The translations under genes and the position numbers were made by a program. Below the pieces are notes generated by a model that ran no database searches, was not told the origin of the DNA, and saw only the letters and a program-made list of their open reading frames with translations. Below, piece after piece: positions 1 through 9,272 of a DNA stretch of 64,000 nucleotides. How positions within the stretch are numbered: position 1 is the first letter of the stretch; each line of letters opens with the position of its first letter. Source of the DNA: an uncultured Bacilli bacterium (lineage in GTDB: Bacteria > Bacillota_I > Bacilli_A > RF39 > UBA660); the NCBI GenBank assembly GCA_934096105.1, contig CAKOLH010000005.1, positions 1,094-65,093 of the forward strand. The letters run 5' to 3'.

Positions 1-552
1 AGTTGTTCTTTTGATATTAGTACATTTTATATTATATTTATTTAATTTTATTTGCTTTATATATGATAGTGCAAGTAAATCATTTGGTGTATCTACTTTT
101 ACATTTGTTATATCTTCGAGAGCTTTATTAGTACTAGTAGCATAATTTAAACCTTTACTTAAATAATGTTTTACTTTTTCTTGATATTCTTTATTATTTA
201 TTTGAATATCTGCGAGTAACTCTAAGTCCTCAATGGTATCTCTTTCAGTTCCAAATACTAGAGTATCTATATCTAGATAATTTAATATCTTTACTGCTCC
301 TTCTGCAAAGATATCTGAAGCCTGCGTAGAATAAACAAAAGGCAGTTCTATTACTAAATCTATACCATTATCTAATGCTATTTTAGTTTTATCCCATTTA
401 TTTAATAATGAAATATCTCCCCTTTGAGTAAATGAAGAAGATACTACTGAGATTAGTGTGCTATCTGGATATCTTTTTTTTATTTCTTTTATTTGATATA
501 AATGACCATTGTGAAATGGATTATATTCTGCGATTATACCAATTTTATGCAT
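1..552 (-). CDS. tmcAL: tRNA(Met) cytidine acetate ligase TmcAL (YlbM/UPF0348 family). This is the N-terminal part; the C-terminus lies beyond the window start.
   Basis: My own minus-strand translation from ATG (552-550) gives MHKIGIIAEYNPFHNGHLYQIKEIKKRYPDSTLISVVSSSFTQRGDISLLNKWDKTKIALDNGIDLVIELPFVYSTQASDIFAEGAV. It is collinear with B. subtilis YlbM, including the EYNPFHNGH motif. It is absent from the ORF track because it runs off the window. Confidence 0.8.
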   Translation of the reverse strand, partial: MHKIGIIAEYNPFHNGHLYQIKEIKKRYPDSTLISVVSSSFTQRGDISLLNKWDKTKIALDNGIDLVIELPFVYSTQASDIFAEGAVKILNYLDIDTLVFGTERDTIEDLELLADIQINNKEYQEKVKHYLSKGLNYATSTNKALEDITNVKVDTPNDLLALSYIKQIKLNKYNIKCTNIKRTT

Positions 553-603
553 AATTATCACCGGTTATATAATAACATATTTGAATAAATAATGCAAAGA
601 AAA

Positions 604-619
604 TATTTCTCGGGAAATA
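604..619. promoter_or_regulatory. Noc-binding-site-like palindrome (NBS1), TATTTCTCGGGAAATA
   Basis: Matches the B. subtilis NBS consensus tATTTCCCGGGAAATa at 15 of 16 positions. Lies in the divergent tmcAL/GT2 intergenic region. Confidence 0.55.
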
Positions 620-643
620 ATTTTAATTATGGTATATAGTTTT

Positions 644-730
644 GGCTTTTATATAATAGATTTTAAATTAAGACTTTATCAAAGGCTTAATTTAACACTC
701 TAAGACTACAGGCTTAGAGTGAACATAATA
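644..730 (+). repeat. Twin-hairpin intergenic repeat, copy A
   Basis: 5' box ggcttttatataatagat. Hairpin 1 at 665-693 (aaattaag/cttaattt). Hairpin 2 at 696-721 (cactctaag-actacagg-cttagagtg). 3' tail aacataata. Same architecture as copies C, D, E and F. Confidence 0.75.
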
Positions 731-737
731 GATGTGC

Positions 738-766
738 TTGTTTATTAATTTATTGTATGATATAAT
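738..766 (+). promoter_or_regulatory. Sigma-A-type promoter for the GT2 gene (TTGTTT-17 nt-TATAAT with an extended TG)
   Basis: -35 TTGTTT at 738-743, 17-nt spacer ending in tga, -10 TATAAT at 761-766. Lies about 30 nt upstream of the start codon at 796. Confidence 0.5.
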
Positions 767-795
767 ACACTTGTAATTTGAAGTGAGGTTGTTGT

Positions 796-2310
796 ATGTA
801 TTTAATGAATATTATAAGTTCGATAGGAGAACATTACTTATCTTGGAGACATGTATATAATGTCATTGGTAGTGTTTTAACTATATTGATGGCCTATAAA
901 ACTATTTATTGGCTTATTGGTTTATTCTTTACTAGGAAGTTTAAGCCAGCGAAGAAAAAACATAAATATGCTATTTTAATAGCGGCGAGAAATGAAAAGA
1001 ATGTTATTGGTAATTTACTTGATAGTATAAATAAGCAAGATTATCCAAGGGAACTTCTTACTACTTTTGTAGTTGCGGATAATTGTACTGATAATACTGC
1101 TGAAATTGCTAGAGAGCATGGGGCTGTCTGCTACGAAAGATTCGATAATGAACATAAAACTAAAGGGTTTGCTCTTCAGTATCTTCTAGAAAAAATAGGA
1201 GAAGACTATGGTAGAATGAGTTTTGAAGGATATTTTATATTTGACGCTGATAATCTTTTAAAGAATGATTATATTAGTAAAATGAATGATGCTTTTGATT
1301 CTGGAGAAAAGATTATTACTTCTTATCGAAATACTAAAAACTTTGATGAAAACTGGATAGCATCTACATATGCAATACATTGGATTAGATCTATTAGATG
1401 TAATCATAGAGCTAGGTCAGTACTTAGATTAGCTACGAATATACAAGGTACAGGATTTTTATTTACTAATGAGATTGTAAAAAATGGATGGCATTATACT
1501 TCTCTTACTGAAGATAGAGCACTTACTGCGGATGCTGTTGCTCAAGGATATAGAATATCTTATCAAGATGAGGCTATGTTTTATGATGAACAACCTACTA
1601 GTTTAAAAGTTGCTTTAAGGCAAAGAACTAGATGGTCTAAAGGACACCTACTTGCCTTTGTTGAATCTGGACCATATCTATTTATTAATATATTCTTTGG
1701 TAAATTATTTTTAAAAACTAGATGGCAGGAAAAGAAGAAGAAGAAAGAAAAGAAAACATTTAAAAGTGTTATGTTATCTATTGTAGAATCTATTAGACAC
1801 AGATTTGCTTCTTTTGATACTTTAATGCAACTTACGCCATTTTCAGTATTTAATCTTGCTAGATGGCTAATTGTTGTAGTTATTATGTATGGCTGCTACT
1901 GCTATAACATGGGAATTAATGGTAGTAATTTATTTAGTGGTAGTACTTATTTAGCAAAGGCTCTTAGAAGTTTATTTGAAATTAAGATAGTAGTTAACCC
2001 TGGTATTAATGCTTTCTTTGTAGGAATGCTTATTTCTATTTGGTTTAGACTTTTATATAGAATAGGTATGTATTTTCAAGATATGTGGATAGCAGTTTAT
2101 GTATTTATTATTGAAAGAAAAAATATTAAAAAGATTCCTTTTATGAAGAAAGTATTATATACTTTAACTTGGCCTACATTTGATATAATTGGTAGATATA
2201 GTACTTATGCTGCTTTATTTATGAAAGTTACTTGGAAGCCTATTCCTCATGATAGTAAAGTTACTATTGATGATATTCATAGTAATAAAGAAGAAAACTC
2301 TAATTCTTAA
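796..2310 (+). CDS. Family-2 glycosyltransferase, integral membrane type
   Basis: GT-A fold motifs: ILIAARNEKNVIGNLLDSINKQDYP, FVVADNCTDNT, FDADN, QGTGF and a QRTRWSKGH-type motif. One N-terminal TM segment and several C-terminal TM segments. RBS GTGAGG lies 7 nt upstream. Confidence 0.8.
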   Translation: MYLMNIISSIGEHYLSWRHVYNVIGSVLTILMAYKTIYWLIGLFFTRKFKPAKKKHKYAILIAARNEKNVIGNLLDSINKQDYPRELLTTFVVADNCTDNTAEIAREHGAVCYERFDNEHKTKGFALQYLLEKIGEDYGRMSFEGYFIFDADNLLKNDYISKMNDAFDSGEKIITSYRNTKNFDENWIASTYAIHWIRSIRCNHRARSVLRLATNIQGTGFLFTNEIVKNGWHYTSLTEDRALTADAVAQGYRISYQDEAMFYDEQPTSLKVALRQRTRWSKGHLLAFVESGPYLFINIFFGKLFLKTRWQEKKKKKEKKTFKSVMLSIVESIRHRFASFDTLMQLTPFSVFNLARWLIVVVIMYGCYCYNMGINGSNLFSGSTYLAKALRSLFEIKIVVNPGINAFFVGMLISIWFRLLYRIGMYFQDMWIAVYVFIIERKNIKKIPFMKKVLYTLTWPTFDIIGRYSTYAALFMKVTWKPIPHDSKVTIDDIHSNKEENSNS

Positions 2311-2322
2311 GAACTAGAGTTT

Positions 2323-4302
2323 TTATATTGTTTTATTTTGTCTTTCTTTTATTTGTTTAAAATAATTATATTTTAATGTTAAATCATTTTTCTTTATTAG
2401 ATAGTTTATATAATAGTTTTTATCTTCAAGTAATAAACTATCTATTTCTTTACCTTTAGTTATAACACCACCATCTACATAGATACTTCCATCATACCAA
2501 GAATAATCACTAAAGAATACTGAACCATGATAGTTATTATCTAAAGCATCAGTACCTATATAATAATTTGAATTATAATCTATTCCATATAGATTTAATA
2601 CTGTAGGTAGTACATTTAACTGTGATGTTACTTCTTTTATTGCTTTCTTATCTTTATTGTTATGCCATATAAAGAATGGGGTATGATTAATTAAGTTATT
2701 ATCTGTTTCTTTATATTTATCTAAGATTGTTTGATCTGATAATGTATATAGATAATGGTCTGTAAATACAACGATTGTTGTGTTATCTAATAAGTTTCTT
2801 TCTGTTAATTCATTTAATAATAATTCCATCATATAATCTGTTTCTTTTGCTTGTCTCCTAGCACAAGATTCTTCAGTCATTTCTGGATATACATAATCTT
2901 TTGGTAACTCCTCTAAGTTGTTTTCACTTAAGTAATCTAGTGTTAATAACTTTCTACAATTACCTTTTTCTGTTGTAAATGGCATATGATTAGTATAAGT
3001 TATGATATAATTAACAAATTTTTCATTTTCAAACATTTTTTCTTTGAATGTTTCATTTAATATTAATTCTCTATCTAAAACATAAGAATCATCTTTATAT
3101 GTTCCTAAATCTACTAGTCCATAATAATTATCATAGCCCCAGTTTTTATAGTTGACTCCTCGTGAATAGTATTCACTAGTATTCATATGAAAGGCATTAA
3201 CTGTGTATCCTTCGTTTTTGAATAGATGGGCTAATGAATATGGAAATGTATTTTTATTAAAAGTATAAGCATTTTGAGTATATGATAAAGGAGTTATAAA
3301 TCCTGTATTAACTGCAAACTCTGAGTTAAAGGTAGAGCCTCCTCCATTGTAATATGAATAATGATTAGTAAAGTTAATACTATTATTCATCATTTTATAT
3401 AATGTAGGAGTATCTTCTTCAGTAATTAACCAGTTATCTATTCCTTCAAGCTGTACTATTATTAAGTTATTATCTTTATATTTTCCTGTGTATTTGTTTG
3501 TCTCTTTTGTCTCCTCTTTATTATATTCTTCCTCAAGGAATGTTAAGTCTTCTTCATTAGTTGTCTTCTTGGCTTTAATAAATGTTACATAGAAATTTCT
3601 TACTGTATATTCGTATACTCCTGATACCATCATACTTTTATTATTATCATTAAAACTCATATATATATTTCTAGGATTTCTCCAGGTACTCCAAGTAAGT
3701 TCTTCATTTGGAGTACCTAATAGAAATGGTATTATAAAATGTAATATTAGAAAAGCAAAAAATACTTTTATTACGCTTTTTAATTTTGTTTTATTTCTAC
3801 TTGGATAAAATTTTAATCCTAAAATAAACGATCCTATTATTGGTACCATTAATATGTATACCCAAATATTACAATCTTTTATAGCATCTAGAAAATATTC
3901 AGAACCTTCTCCTGCAAGCAAAACCATACTAAAGTCAAAAAATGTACCAGTCATTGAGTAATATATATTATTTACTGTATATACTGCAAATGATAATATA
4001 AAGAAGATAATATATATTGTCTTTCCAATCTTTTTCTTATAAAATAGAGAAGCTCCTAATACAAAGAATATCCATGATAGAGTAAATAGTATTGGTACTA
4101 ATTTCATAATTCCATAGAAATGGATTTTATATCCTAATATTTTAGTAAATAAGTCTATTAATATAAATGGTAAGGCTAATATTAATATGTAATAGTATTT
4201 CTTTATTATATCTAATATCTTATTTAGTATCTTTTTTATATCTATATTTTTCTTTTTTATTTTATTATTTTTACTTTTAATCTTTTTTACTTCTTTTGAC
4301 AC
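2323..4302 (-). CDS. LTA synthase / sulfatase-family (alkaline phosphatase superfamily) membrane protein
   Basis: Five or so N-terminal TM helices followed by an extracellular sulfatase-like domain (LIIVQLEGIDNW, GGGSTFNSEFAVNTG, FTDHY). This is the typical LtaS-family architecture. Confidence 0.75.
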   Translation of the reverse strand: MSKEVKKIKSKNNKIKKKNIDIKKILNKILDIIKKYYYILILALPFILIDLFTKILGYKIHFYGIMKLVPILFTLSWIFFVLGASLFYKKKIGKTIYIIFFILSFAVYTVNNIYYSMTGTFFDFSMVLLAGEGSEYFLDAIKDCNIWVYILMVPIIGSFILGLKFYPSRNKTKLKSVIKVFFAFLILHFIIPFLLGTPNEELTWSTWRNPRNIYMSFNDNNKSMMVSGVYEYTVRNFYVTFIKAKKTTNEEDLTFLEEEYNKEETKETNKYTGKYKDNNLIIVQLEGIDNWLITEEDTPTLYKMMNNSINFTNHYSYYNGGGSTFNSEFAVNTGFITPLSYTQNAYTFNKNTFPYSLAHLFKNEGYTVNAFHMNTSEYYSRGVNYKNWGYDNYYGLVDLGTYKDDSYVLDRELILNETFKEKMFENEKFVNYIITYTNHMPFTTEKGNCRKLLTLDYLSENNLEELPKDYVYPEMTEESCARRQAKETDYMMELLLNELTERNLLDNTTIVVFTDHYLYTLSDQTILDKYKETDNNLINHTPFFIWHNNKDKKAIKEVTSQLNVLPTVLNLYGIDYNSNYYIGTDALDNNYHGSVFFSDYSWYDGSIYVDGGVITKGKEIDSLLLEDKNYYINYLIKKNDLTLKYNYFKQIKERQNKTI

Positions 4303-4370
4303 CTAAATCACCACTACTGAAATTATACTATAATATTGTTTTTTTGTAAATAATTTATATAATGTTAACA

Positions 4371-4460
4371 ATTACTAAGACTTTGGTTTAGTAATTTTTT
4401 TGAAGACCTGAGGCTTCAAAAACAGCGAGCAATGAAATGCGAGATGAAATAAATAAAAAA
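4371..4460 (+). repeat. Twin-hairpin intergenic repeat, copy B (subtype II)
   Basis: Hairpin 1 at 4371-4395 (attactaag-actttgg-tttagtaat). Hairpin 2 at 4397-4422 (tttttgaag-acctgagg-cttcaaaaa). The tail cagcgagcaatgaaatgcgagatgaaa is shared with copy G. Confidence 0.7.
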
Positions 4461-4526
4461 CTATTTTCTTTTTAATATTTATTTGGTATAATTTAGTTAT
4501 AATAGAGATAGAAGGAAGGGCTAGTT

Positions 4527-6287
4527 ATGTTTAAAGAAATTACCGCAATTAGTAAAAATTATGCTATTGTTAAAATTGATAATGTAATTAATGATGACTT
4601 ACTTAATTTAAATGTTATTTTTGAAGAAAATAATAAGAAGATATTAGGAGAAATTGAAGAAATAATTAATAGTGAGGCTAAAATTACTTTTTTAGGTGAA
4701 TTTATTAATGATAAGTTTTTTGATGGTATTATTAGAAAACCTAGTATTAATGCTAAAATAAGAATAATTAATGGTAATGAACTAGCAGAACTTACTGGCT
4801 ACAATGATAGTACGGCGATGATGCTTGGACTATCTCCTTTATATAATAATAGCCCTGTTAAAATTAATATTGATGATATGTGGAGTAATCATACCGCTAT
4901 ATTTGGTAATACTGGTAGTGGTAAAACATATGGGGTGGCTAGACTAGTACAAAATTTATTTACTATGCCTAACTATATTCCATTTAATAGTGTTATATTT
5001 ATATTTAATAATACTGATGAATATGATAATGCTTTTAAATCTATTAATAGTTATAATTTTAATTTTAATTACAAGATGTTTAGTACTGATACAGATAGTA
5101 ATAATAATATTTTAAAATTACCTTTATGGCTTATGTCAGTAGATGATTATGCTAATTTACTTGATGTTAGTGCTTATAGTCAAATTATGGTTATTGAAAA
5201 AATGCTTAATTATGTTTCTTTATTTGCAAGAAATGATGAAGAATCTAATAAGTATAAGAATCACTTAATTGCTACCGCTATTACATCTGTTCTTTATTCT
5301 AATCAGGTATCTGCGAGAATAAGAGACCAAATATTTTCTATTTTAACTAGTTGTAGTACTAAAGAACTTAACTTGGACGTTGATGTTCCTGGTGTTGGTT
5401 ATACGAGACAATTTAGAAAATGCTTTGAAATAGATAGTCAGGGACAATTTGCTGAAAGAGTTCTTATTACAGAATATATTAAGAAATTTATTGATAATGA
5501 TACTAAATGGAAAGAAGATTATACACCTGTATATTTTACTATTGATGATTTAGAGGAAGCACTTAATTTTACTTTAATATCTGAAGGAGTTCTTCTTAAT
5601 GAGAAATCTTATGCAGAAGGTACTGCTTTAAAAGTTAAATTACATAGTATTGCTAATAGTTCTTTGAGAAGTTATTTTGAAGTAGAAAAGTTTTGTACTA
5701 TTAATGAATTTATATCTGACTTAATACTAGTGGATGGTAATAAGAGAGCACAAATTATTAATTTTGTACTTGAAGGTATTGATGATAGATTTGCTAAAGC
5801 TTTAGTTAAAATTTATTCTAGAATATTCTTTAATTTTATGAAGAGTCTTCCTTCGAGGGGTTCTATGCCTATTAATATCATGCTTGAAGAGGCTCACAGA
5901 TATGTTCAAAAAGATATTGATAATGATATACTTGGATATAATATATTTGAAAGAATTGCTAAGGAAGGTAGAAAATTTGGTGTTATGATGGATTTAGTAA
6001 CACAAAGACCTACTGAATTATCTGAAACGGTATTATCACAATGTAGTAATTTCTTGATATTTAAAATTAATCATCCTGCTGACTTAGAATATATTGAAAA
6101 AATGGTACCAAACATTAGTAGTGATGTTTTAGAAAAGCAAAAATCACTTCAAGCAGGTACTTGTGTGGCTTTTGGTAAAATGATGAAGATACCTATGATT
6201 GTAAAAATGGAACTTCCTAATCCAGAACCACAGAGTTCAAATGCTCATGTATTTGACAAATGGATGATACAGTGGAAAACTAACTAA
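4527..6287 (+). CDS. HerA/FtsK-type P-loop ATPase (DUF87-like), orphan
   Basis: The N-terminal barrel-like region is followed by Walker A FGNTGSGKTY and Walker B-like INIMLEEAHRY. A conserved GRKFGV...QRP segment is typical of HerA-family ATPases. No nuclease partner gene is adjacent. Confidence 0.65.
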   Translation: MFKEITAISKNYAIVKIDNVINDDLLNLNVIFEENNKKILGEIEEIINSEAKITFLGEFINDKFFDGIIRKPSINAKIRIINGNELAELTGYNDSTAMMLGLSPLYNNSPVKINIDDMWSNHTAIFGNTGSGKTYGVARLVQNLFTMPNYIPFNSVIFIFNNTDEYDNAFKSINSYNFNFNYKMFSTDTDSNNNILKLPLWLMSVDDYANLLDVSAYSQIMVIEKMLNYVSLFARNDEESNKYKNHLIATAITSVLYSNQVSARIRDQIFSILTSCSTKELNLDVDVPGVGYTRQFRKCFEIDSQGQFAERVLITEYIKKFIDNDTKWKEDYTPVYFTIDDLEEALNFTLISEGVLLNEKSYAEGTALKVKLHSIANSSLRSYFEVEKFCTINEFISDLILVDGNKRAQIINFVLEGIDDRFAKALVKIYSRIFFNFMKSLPSRGSMPINIMLEEAHRYVQKDIDNDILGYNIFERIAKEGRKFGVMMDLVTQRPTELSETVLSQCSNFLIFKINHPADLEYIEKMVPNISSDVLEKQKSLQAGTCVAFGKMMKIPMIVKMELPNPEPQSSNAHVFDKWMIQWKTN

Positions 6288-6290
6288 TAT

Positions 6291-6317
6291 AAAGCCTTAT
6301 AAAAAAAGGCTTTTTTT
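6291..6317 (+). terminator. Rho-independent terminator after the HerA-like gene
   Basis: Stem aaagcctt/aaggcttt followed by a T-run. Confidence 0.7.
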
Positions 6318-6318
6318 A

Positions 6319-6398
6319 TGTATCCACAATATCCACAGGGCTGTGGAAAAGTAAAGTAACACCTGTTAATAACAAAATTCGACAAAATTTGTGGATAA
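6319..6398. promoter_or_regulatory. oriC part 1: DnaA-box cluster upstream of dnaA
   Basis: gTATCCACA at 6320-6328 and aTATCCACA at 6329-6337. TGTGGAAAA at 6342-6350 is the reverse complement of TTTTCCACA. TGTGGATAA at 6390-6398 is a perfect reverse-strand TTATCCACA. AT-rich promoter DNA follows. Confidence 0.8.
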
Positions 6399-6550
6399 CC
6401 CTTTAAAACACATATTTTATATGGTATTATATTGTTGAAAAGATGTTTATAACTTGTTAATTTACATGTTTATTAAAATTTTGTACTAGACAAATTTAAA
6501 ATTTGTTATATAATAATGTTAATGGAATACTTAGTTAGGAGGTTTTGCGA

Positions 6551-7912
6551 ATGAATACAGAGATTATTTGGAACAATTTTCTTGAAAAAATTAAAGAGCG
6601 AATATCTCCTTTATCTTATGATACATGGTTTAAAGATACTAAGTTATATAAATTAGATAAGAACACTGCGATTATTATAGTTCCAATGATTTTACATAAA
6701 AAACATTTAGAAGAAAACTATTTAGATGAAATAGAAGAAATATTTAATTCAATTACAGGGACTAATTTTAATTTTCAATTTAAACTAGAAAATGAAATAA
6801 CGGAAGATACTTTAGAAGAAAAAATTATTGATGAAACAGAAAGTATTGGAGTTCCACATCAAACTAGTAGTTCCGCTAATCTAAATAGTGAATATACTTT
6901 TGATAGTTTCATAGTAGGTGATTCTAATAGATTTGCTTTTACTGCGGCGAGAGCTGTGGCTGAAAAACCAGGTAAGGCTTATAATCCTTTGTTTCTGTAT
7001 GGAAAAAGTGGACTTGGTAAAACTCATTTGATGCACGCTATTGGTAATTATATATTAGAAAATTCTAATAAAAAAGTACTTTATGTATCTAGTGAGCAGT
7101 TTGTAAACGATTATATTTATGCTGTTAGAAACAACGAAAAAAATAGTTTTGATAGAATTGATTCTTTTAAAAATAAATATCGTAATATTGATGTACTAAT
7201 AATTGATGATATTCAGTTTCTAGGTAGTGCCACTAAAGGGCAGGAGGAATTTTTCCATACCTTTAATGAATTACATGACTCTAATAAACAGATAATTATA
7301 GCCTCTGATAGATCGGTAGATGACCTGAAAATGCTGGAAAATAGGTTAATTACTAGATTTAACTGGGGACTTACCGCGAATATAACACCACCTGATTTTA
7401 ATTTAAGAGTAGATATTATTAAAAAGAAAATATCACATCAAGAGGCGGCGGAAGATATACCAATTGAAGTTATTGAGTATATAGCAAATATTAATGATTC
7501 AGATGTTAGGCAGTTAGAAGGCGCTATTACAAGAGTATTTGCATATGCCTCAATGATGAATAGAGGTATAATTAATCTTGATATTGCTATTGAAGCTCTC
7601 AAAGATAAGGTATCTGAAAAAAGTGTATATAAAAATGATGTTCATAGGATACAAAGAATAGTATGTGAATACTTTAAAATAGATATTGAGGACTTAAAAG
7701 GTAAAAAAAGAAGTAAAGATGTCAATTATCCTAGACAAATAGCCATTTATTTATGTAGAAAGATGACTAGTGAGTCATTTCCAAAGATGGGAACATATTT
7801 TGGTGGTAGAGACCATTCCACAATTATCAGTGCATATCAAAGAATAGAGAATGATTTAAAGACAAATCCACAGCTTCAAATAGTAATAAATGAACTAAAA
7901 GAAAAAATATAG
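6551..7912 (+). CDS. dnaA: Chromosomal replication initiator DnaA
   Basis: AAA+ Walker A GKSGLGKTHL, LIIDDIQF, and a C-terminal DNA-binding domain (GGRDHSTIISAYQRI). AGGAGG lies 8-9 nt upstream of ATG 6551. The ORF-track TTG at 6545 is too close to the RBS. Confidence 0.95.
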   Translation: MNTEIIWNNFLEKIKERISPLSYDTWFKDTKLYKLDKNTAIIIVPMILHKKHLEENYLDEIEEIFNSITGTNFNFQFKLENEITEDTLEEKIIDETESIGVPHQTSSSANLNSEYTFDSFIVGDSNRFAFTAARAVAEKPGKAYNPLFLYGKSGLGKTHLMHAIGNYILENSNKKVLYVSSEQFVNDYIYAVRNNEKNSFDRIDSFKNKYRNIDVLIIDDIQFLGSATKGQEEFFHTFNELHDSNKQIIIASDRSVDDLKMLENRLITRFNWGLTANITPPDFNLRVDIIKKKISHQEAAEDIPIEVIEYIANINDSDVRQLEGAITRVFAYASMMNRGIINLDIAIEALKDKVSEKSVYKNDVHRIQRIVCEYFKIDIEDLKGKKRSKDVNYPRQIAIYLCRKMTSESFPKMGTYFGGRDHSTIISAYQRIENDLKTNPQLQIVINELKEKI

Positions 7913-8030
7913 TGGATAAAAACAAAGATATCAACAGGTTTTGTTGATAAAGAAAAGTATATAAAACAAGAAAAAAATAAAGATATCAACAATATCAACA
8001 GTATAATAATAATAATTATATAATAAAAGA
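7911..8030. promoter_or_regulatory. oriC part 2 (incC-like): DnaA boxes plus a TAA-trinucleotide run and AT-rich DNA between dnaA and dnaN
   Basis: AGTGGATAA at 7911-7919, ATATCAACA at 7928-7936, TGTTGATAA at 7942-7950, and tandem ATATCAACA at 7983-7991 and 7992-8000. These are followed by TAA x4 at 8004-8015 and then pure A/T up to the dnaN RBS. Confidence 0.7.
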
Positions 8031-8045
8031 AAGAGGATGATAAAA

Positions 8046-9161
8046 ATGAAATTCAAAGTAAAGAAAGAAATATTATTAGAAAGTTTAAACAATACTGCTA
8101 GAGCAATATCTACGAAAAATTTAATACCAATATTAACAGGTATAAAATTTGAATTAAAAGAAGATGGATTATATTTATATGCAAGTGATACCGATGTATC
8201 TATTAGATCATTTATACCAAAAGATAAATTAACAAGTACTAGTGAACTTGGTAGTATAGTAATTGGAGGTAAGTATATAGTAGAAATAATAAGAAAGTTA
8301 CCAAATACTGATATTTCTATTGAAGTAATTGATGGATATAAACTAATTGTTAGTACAGATAATACAGAGTTTAATTTAAATGGTATAAATCCTAATGAAT
8401 TTCCTAATTTAGATTTAGATGAAACTAAAGAACCAATTGTAGTAAATAATGGAATATTTAAAGATATTATTAATCAAACTGTATTTGCCACTAGTCAAAG
8501 TGAGACTAGACCTCTTCTTACAGGTATTAATTTTAAACTATCTGGTAATAGTTTTGAGGTTTTAGCAACAGACTCTTATAGACTTGCTAGAAAGTATGTA
8601 GAAATTGATAAGGATATTGAAAATGAGGTAAATATTGTAGTTCCTGGTAAAAACTTACTTGAACTTACAAAGATGTTAGATGATGATACCGCTAGTGTGG
8701 AAATGCATTTATTTAGTAATAAAATATTATTTAAGTACAAAAATATTGTATTCTTATCTAGATTGCTATCTGGAACATATCCAACTACTTCAAATATTAT
8801 TCCAAAAGATTTTAATATTGAATTAGAATGTAAATTTGATGATTTATTTAATATGATAGATAGAGCATCTCTTCTTACATCTGATAGAGAAAAGAATACT
8901 GTAAAACTTACATTAACTAAGGATGAACTTATGATTTCTTCAAATAGTCCTGAAATAGGTAGAGTAGAAGAAAAGATAAGTATTAGTTCTGATAAGGAAA
9001 TTAATATATCATTTAGTTCTAAGTTTATGCTTGATGCTATTAAAAGTTTTAACAAGGATAAGGTTGTCCTTTGTATGAATAATGATAGTTCTCCTATTGT
9101 TATTAAGAATAATGAAGATAGTTCTTTAATACAATTAGTACTTCCTATTAAAACTTGTTAA
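8046..9161 (+). CDS. dnaN: DNA polymerase III beta sliding clamp
   Basis: Full-length collinearity with DnaN (three beta-clamp domains; LLTGI, ATDSYRLA and LSGTYP motifs). GAGG lies 9 nt upstream of ATG 8046. The ORF-track ATG at 8037 abuts the RBS. Confidence 0.95.
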   Translation: MKFKVKKEILLESLNNTARAISTKNLIPILTGIKFELKEDGLYLYASDTDVSIRSFIPKDKLTSTSELGSIVIGGKYIVEIIRKLPNTDISIEVIDGYKLIVSTDNTEFNLNGINPNEFPNLDLDETKEPIVVNNGIFKDIINQTVFATSQSETRPLLTGINFKLSGNSFEVLATDSYRLARKYVEIDKDIENEVNIVVPGKNLLELTKMLDDDTASVEMHLFSNKILFKYKNIVFLSRLLSGTYPTTSNIIPKDFNIELECKFDDLFNMIDRASLLTSDREKNTVKLTLTKDELMISSNSPEIGRVEEKISISSDKEINISFSSKFMLDAIKSFNKDKVVLCMNNDSSPIVIKNNEDSSLIQLVLPIKTC

Positions 9162-9181
9162 TTAATAATATTTATTAAAAA

Positions 9182-9208
9182 TACTCTCATTAGGAGAGTT
9201 TTTTTTTG
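9182..9208 (+). terminator. Rho-independent terminator after dnaN
   Basis: Stem actctc/gagagt followed by T9. Confidence 0.75.
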
Positions 9209-9227
9209 TCCACAATTATGTGGATAT
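9206..9227. promoter_or_regulatory. Inverted pair of DnaA-box-like 9-mers
   Basis: TTGTCCACA at 9206-9214. TGTGGATAT at 9219-9227 is the reverse complement of ATATCCACA. Confidence 0.5.
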
Positions 9228-9272
9228 AAATTAAATGTACTGAATTAGATTCTAAATCAAATATTTCGTAAG

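Noticed and set aside
1725-1765. The AAG/AAA purine run encoding QEKKKKKEKK in the GT2 gene could be a slippery or phase-variation tract.
   Set aside because: It is a heterogeneous A/G run, not a homopolymer or a perfect short tandem repeat. It sits in a predicted cytoplasmic loop and there is no alternative frame of any length.
8576-9055. Antisense or overlapping ORFs in the track. Examples are 8576-9055, 11301-11492, 12212-12439, 13587-13781, 13958-14152, 14859-15047, 17681-18145, 18064-18252, 19000-19419, 19757-19984, 19965-20246, 23059-23316, 24554-24799, 27318-27521, 27935-28120, 29088-29309, 31148-31336, 32406-32609, 33210-33392, 36484-37059, 38876-39076, 40411-40650, 41573-41992, 42467-42865, 50977-51174, 52403-52642, 52578-52802, 52924-53142, 55036-55353, 55595-56143, 58924-59187, 61295-61510 and 61608-61913.
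   Set aside because: Each lies inside, or antisense to, a confidently identified conserved gene. Their products are low-complexity (S/L/I/F/N-rich), lack an RBS and have no recognisable motifs. These are typical shadow ORFs of AT-rich DNA.
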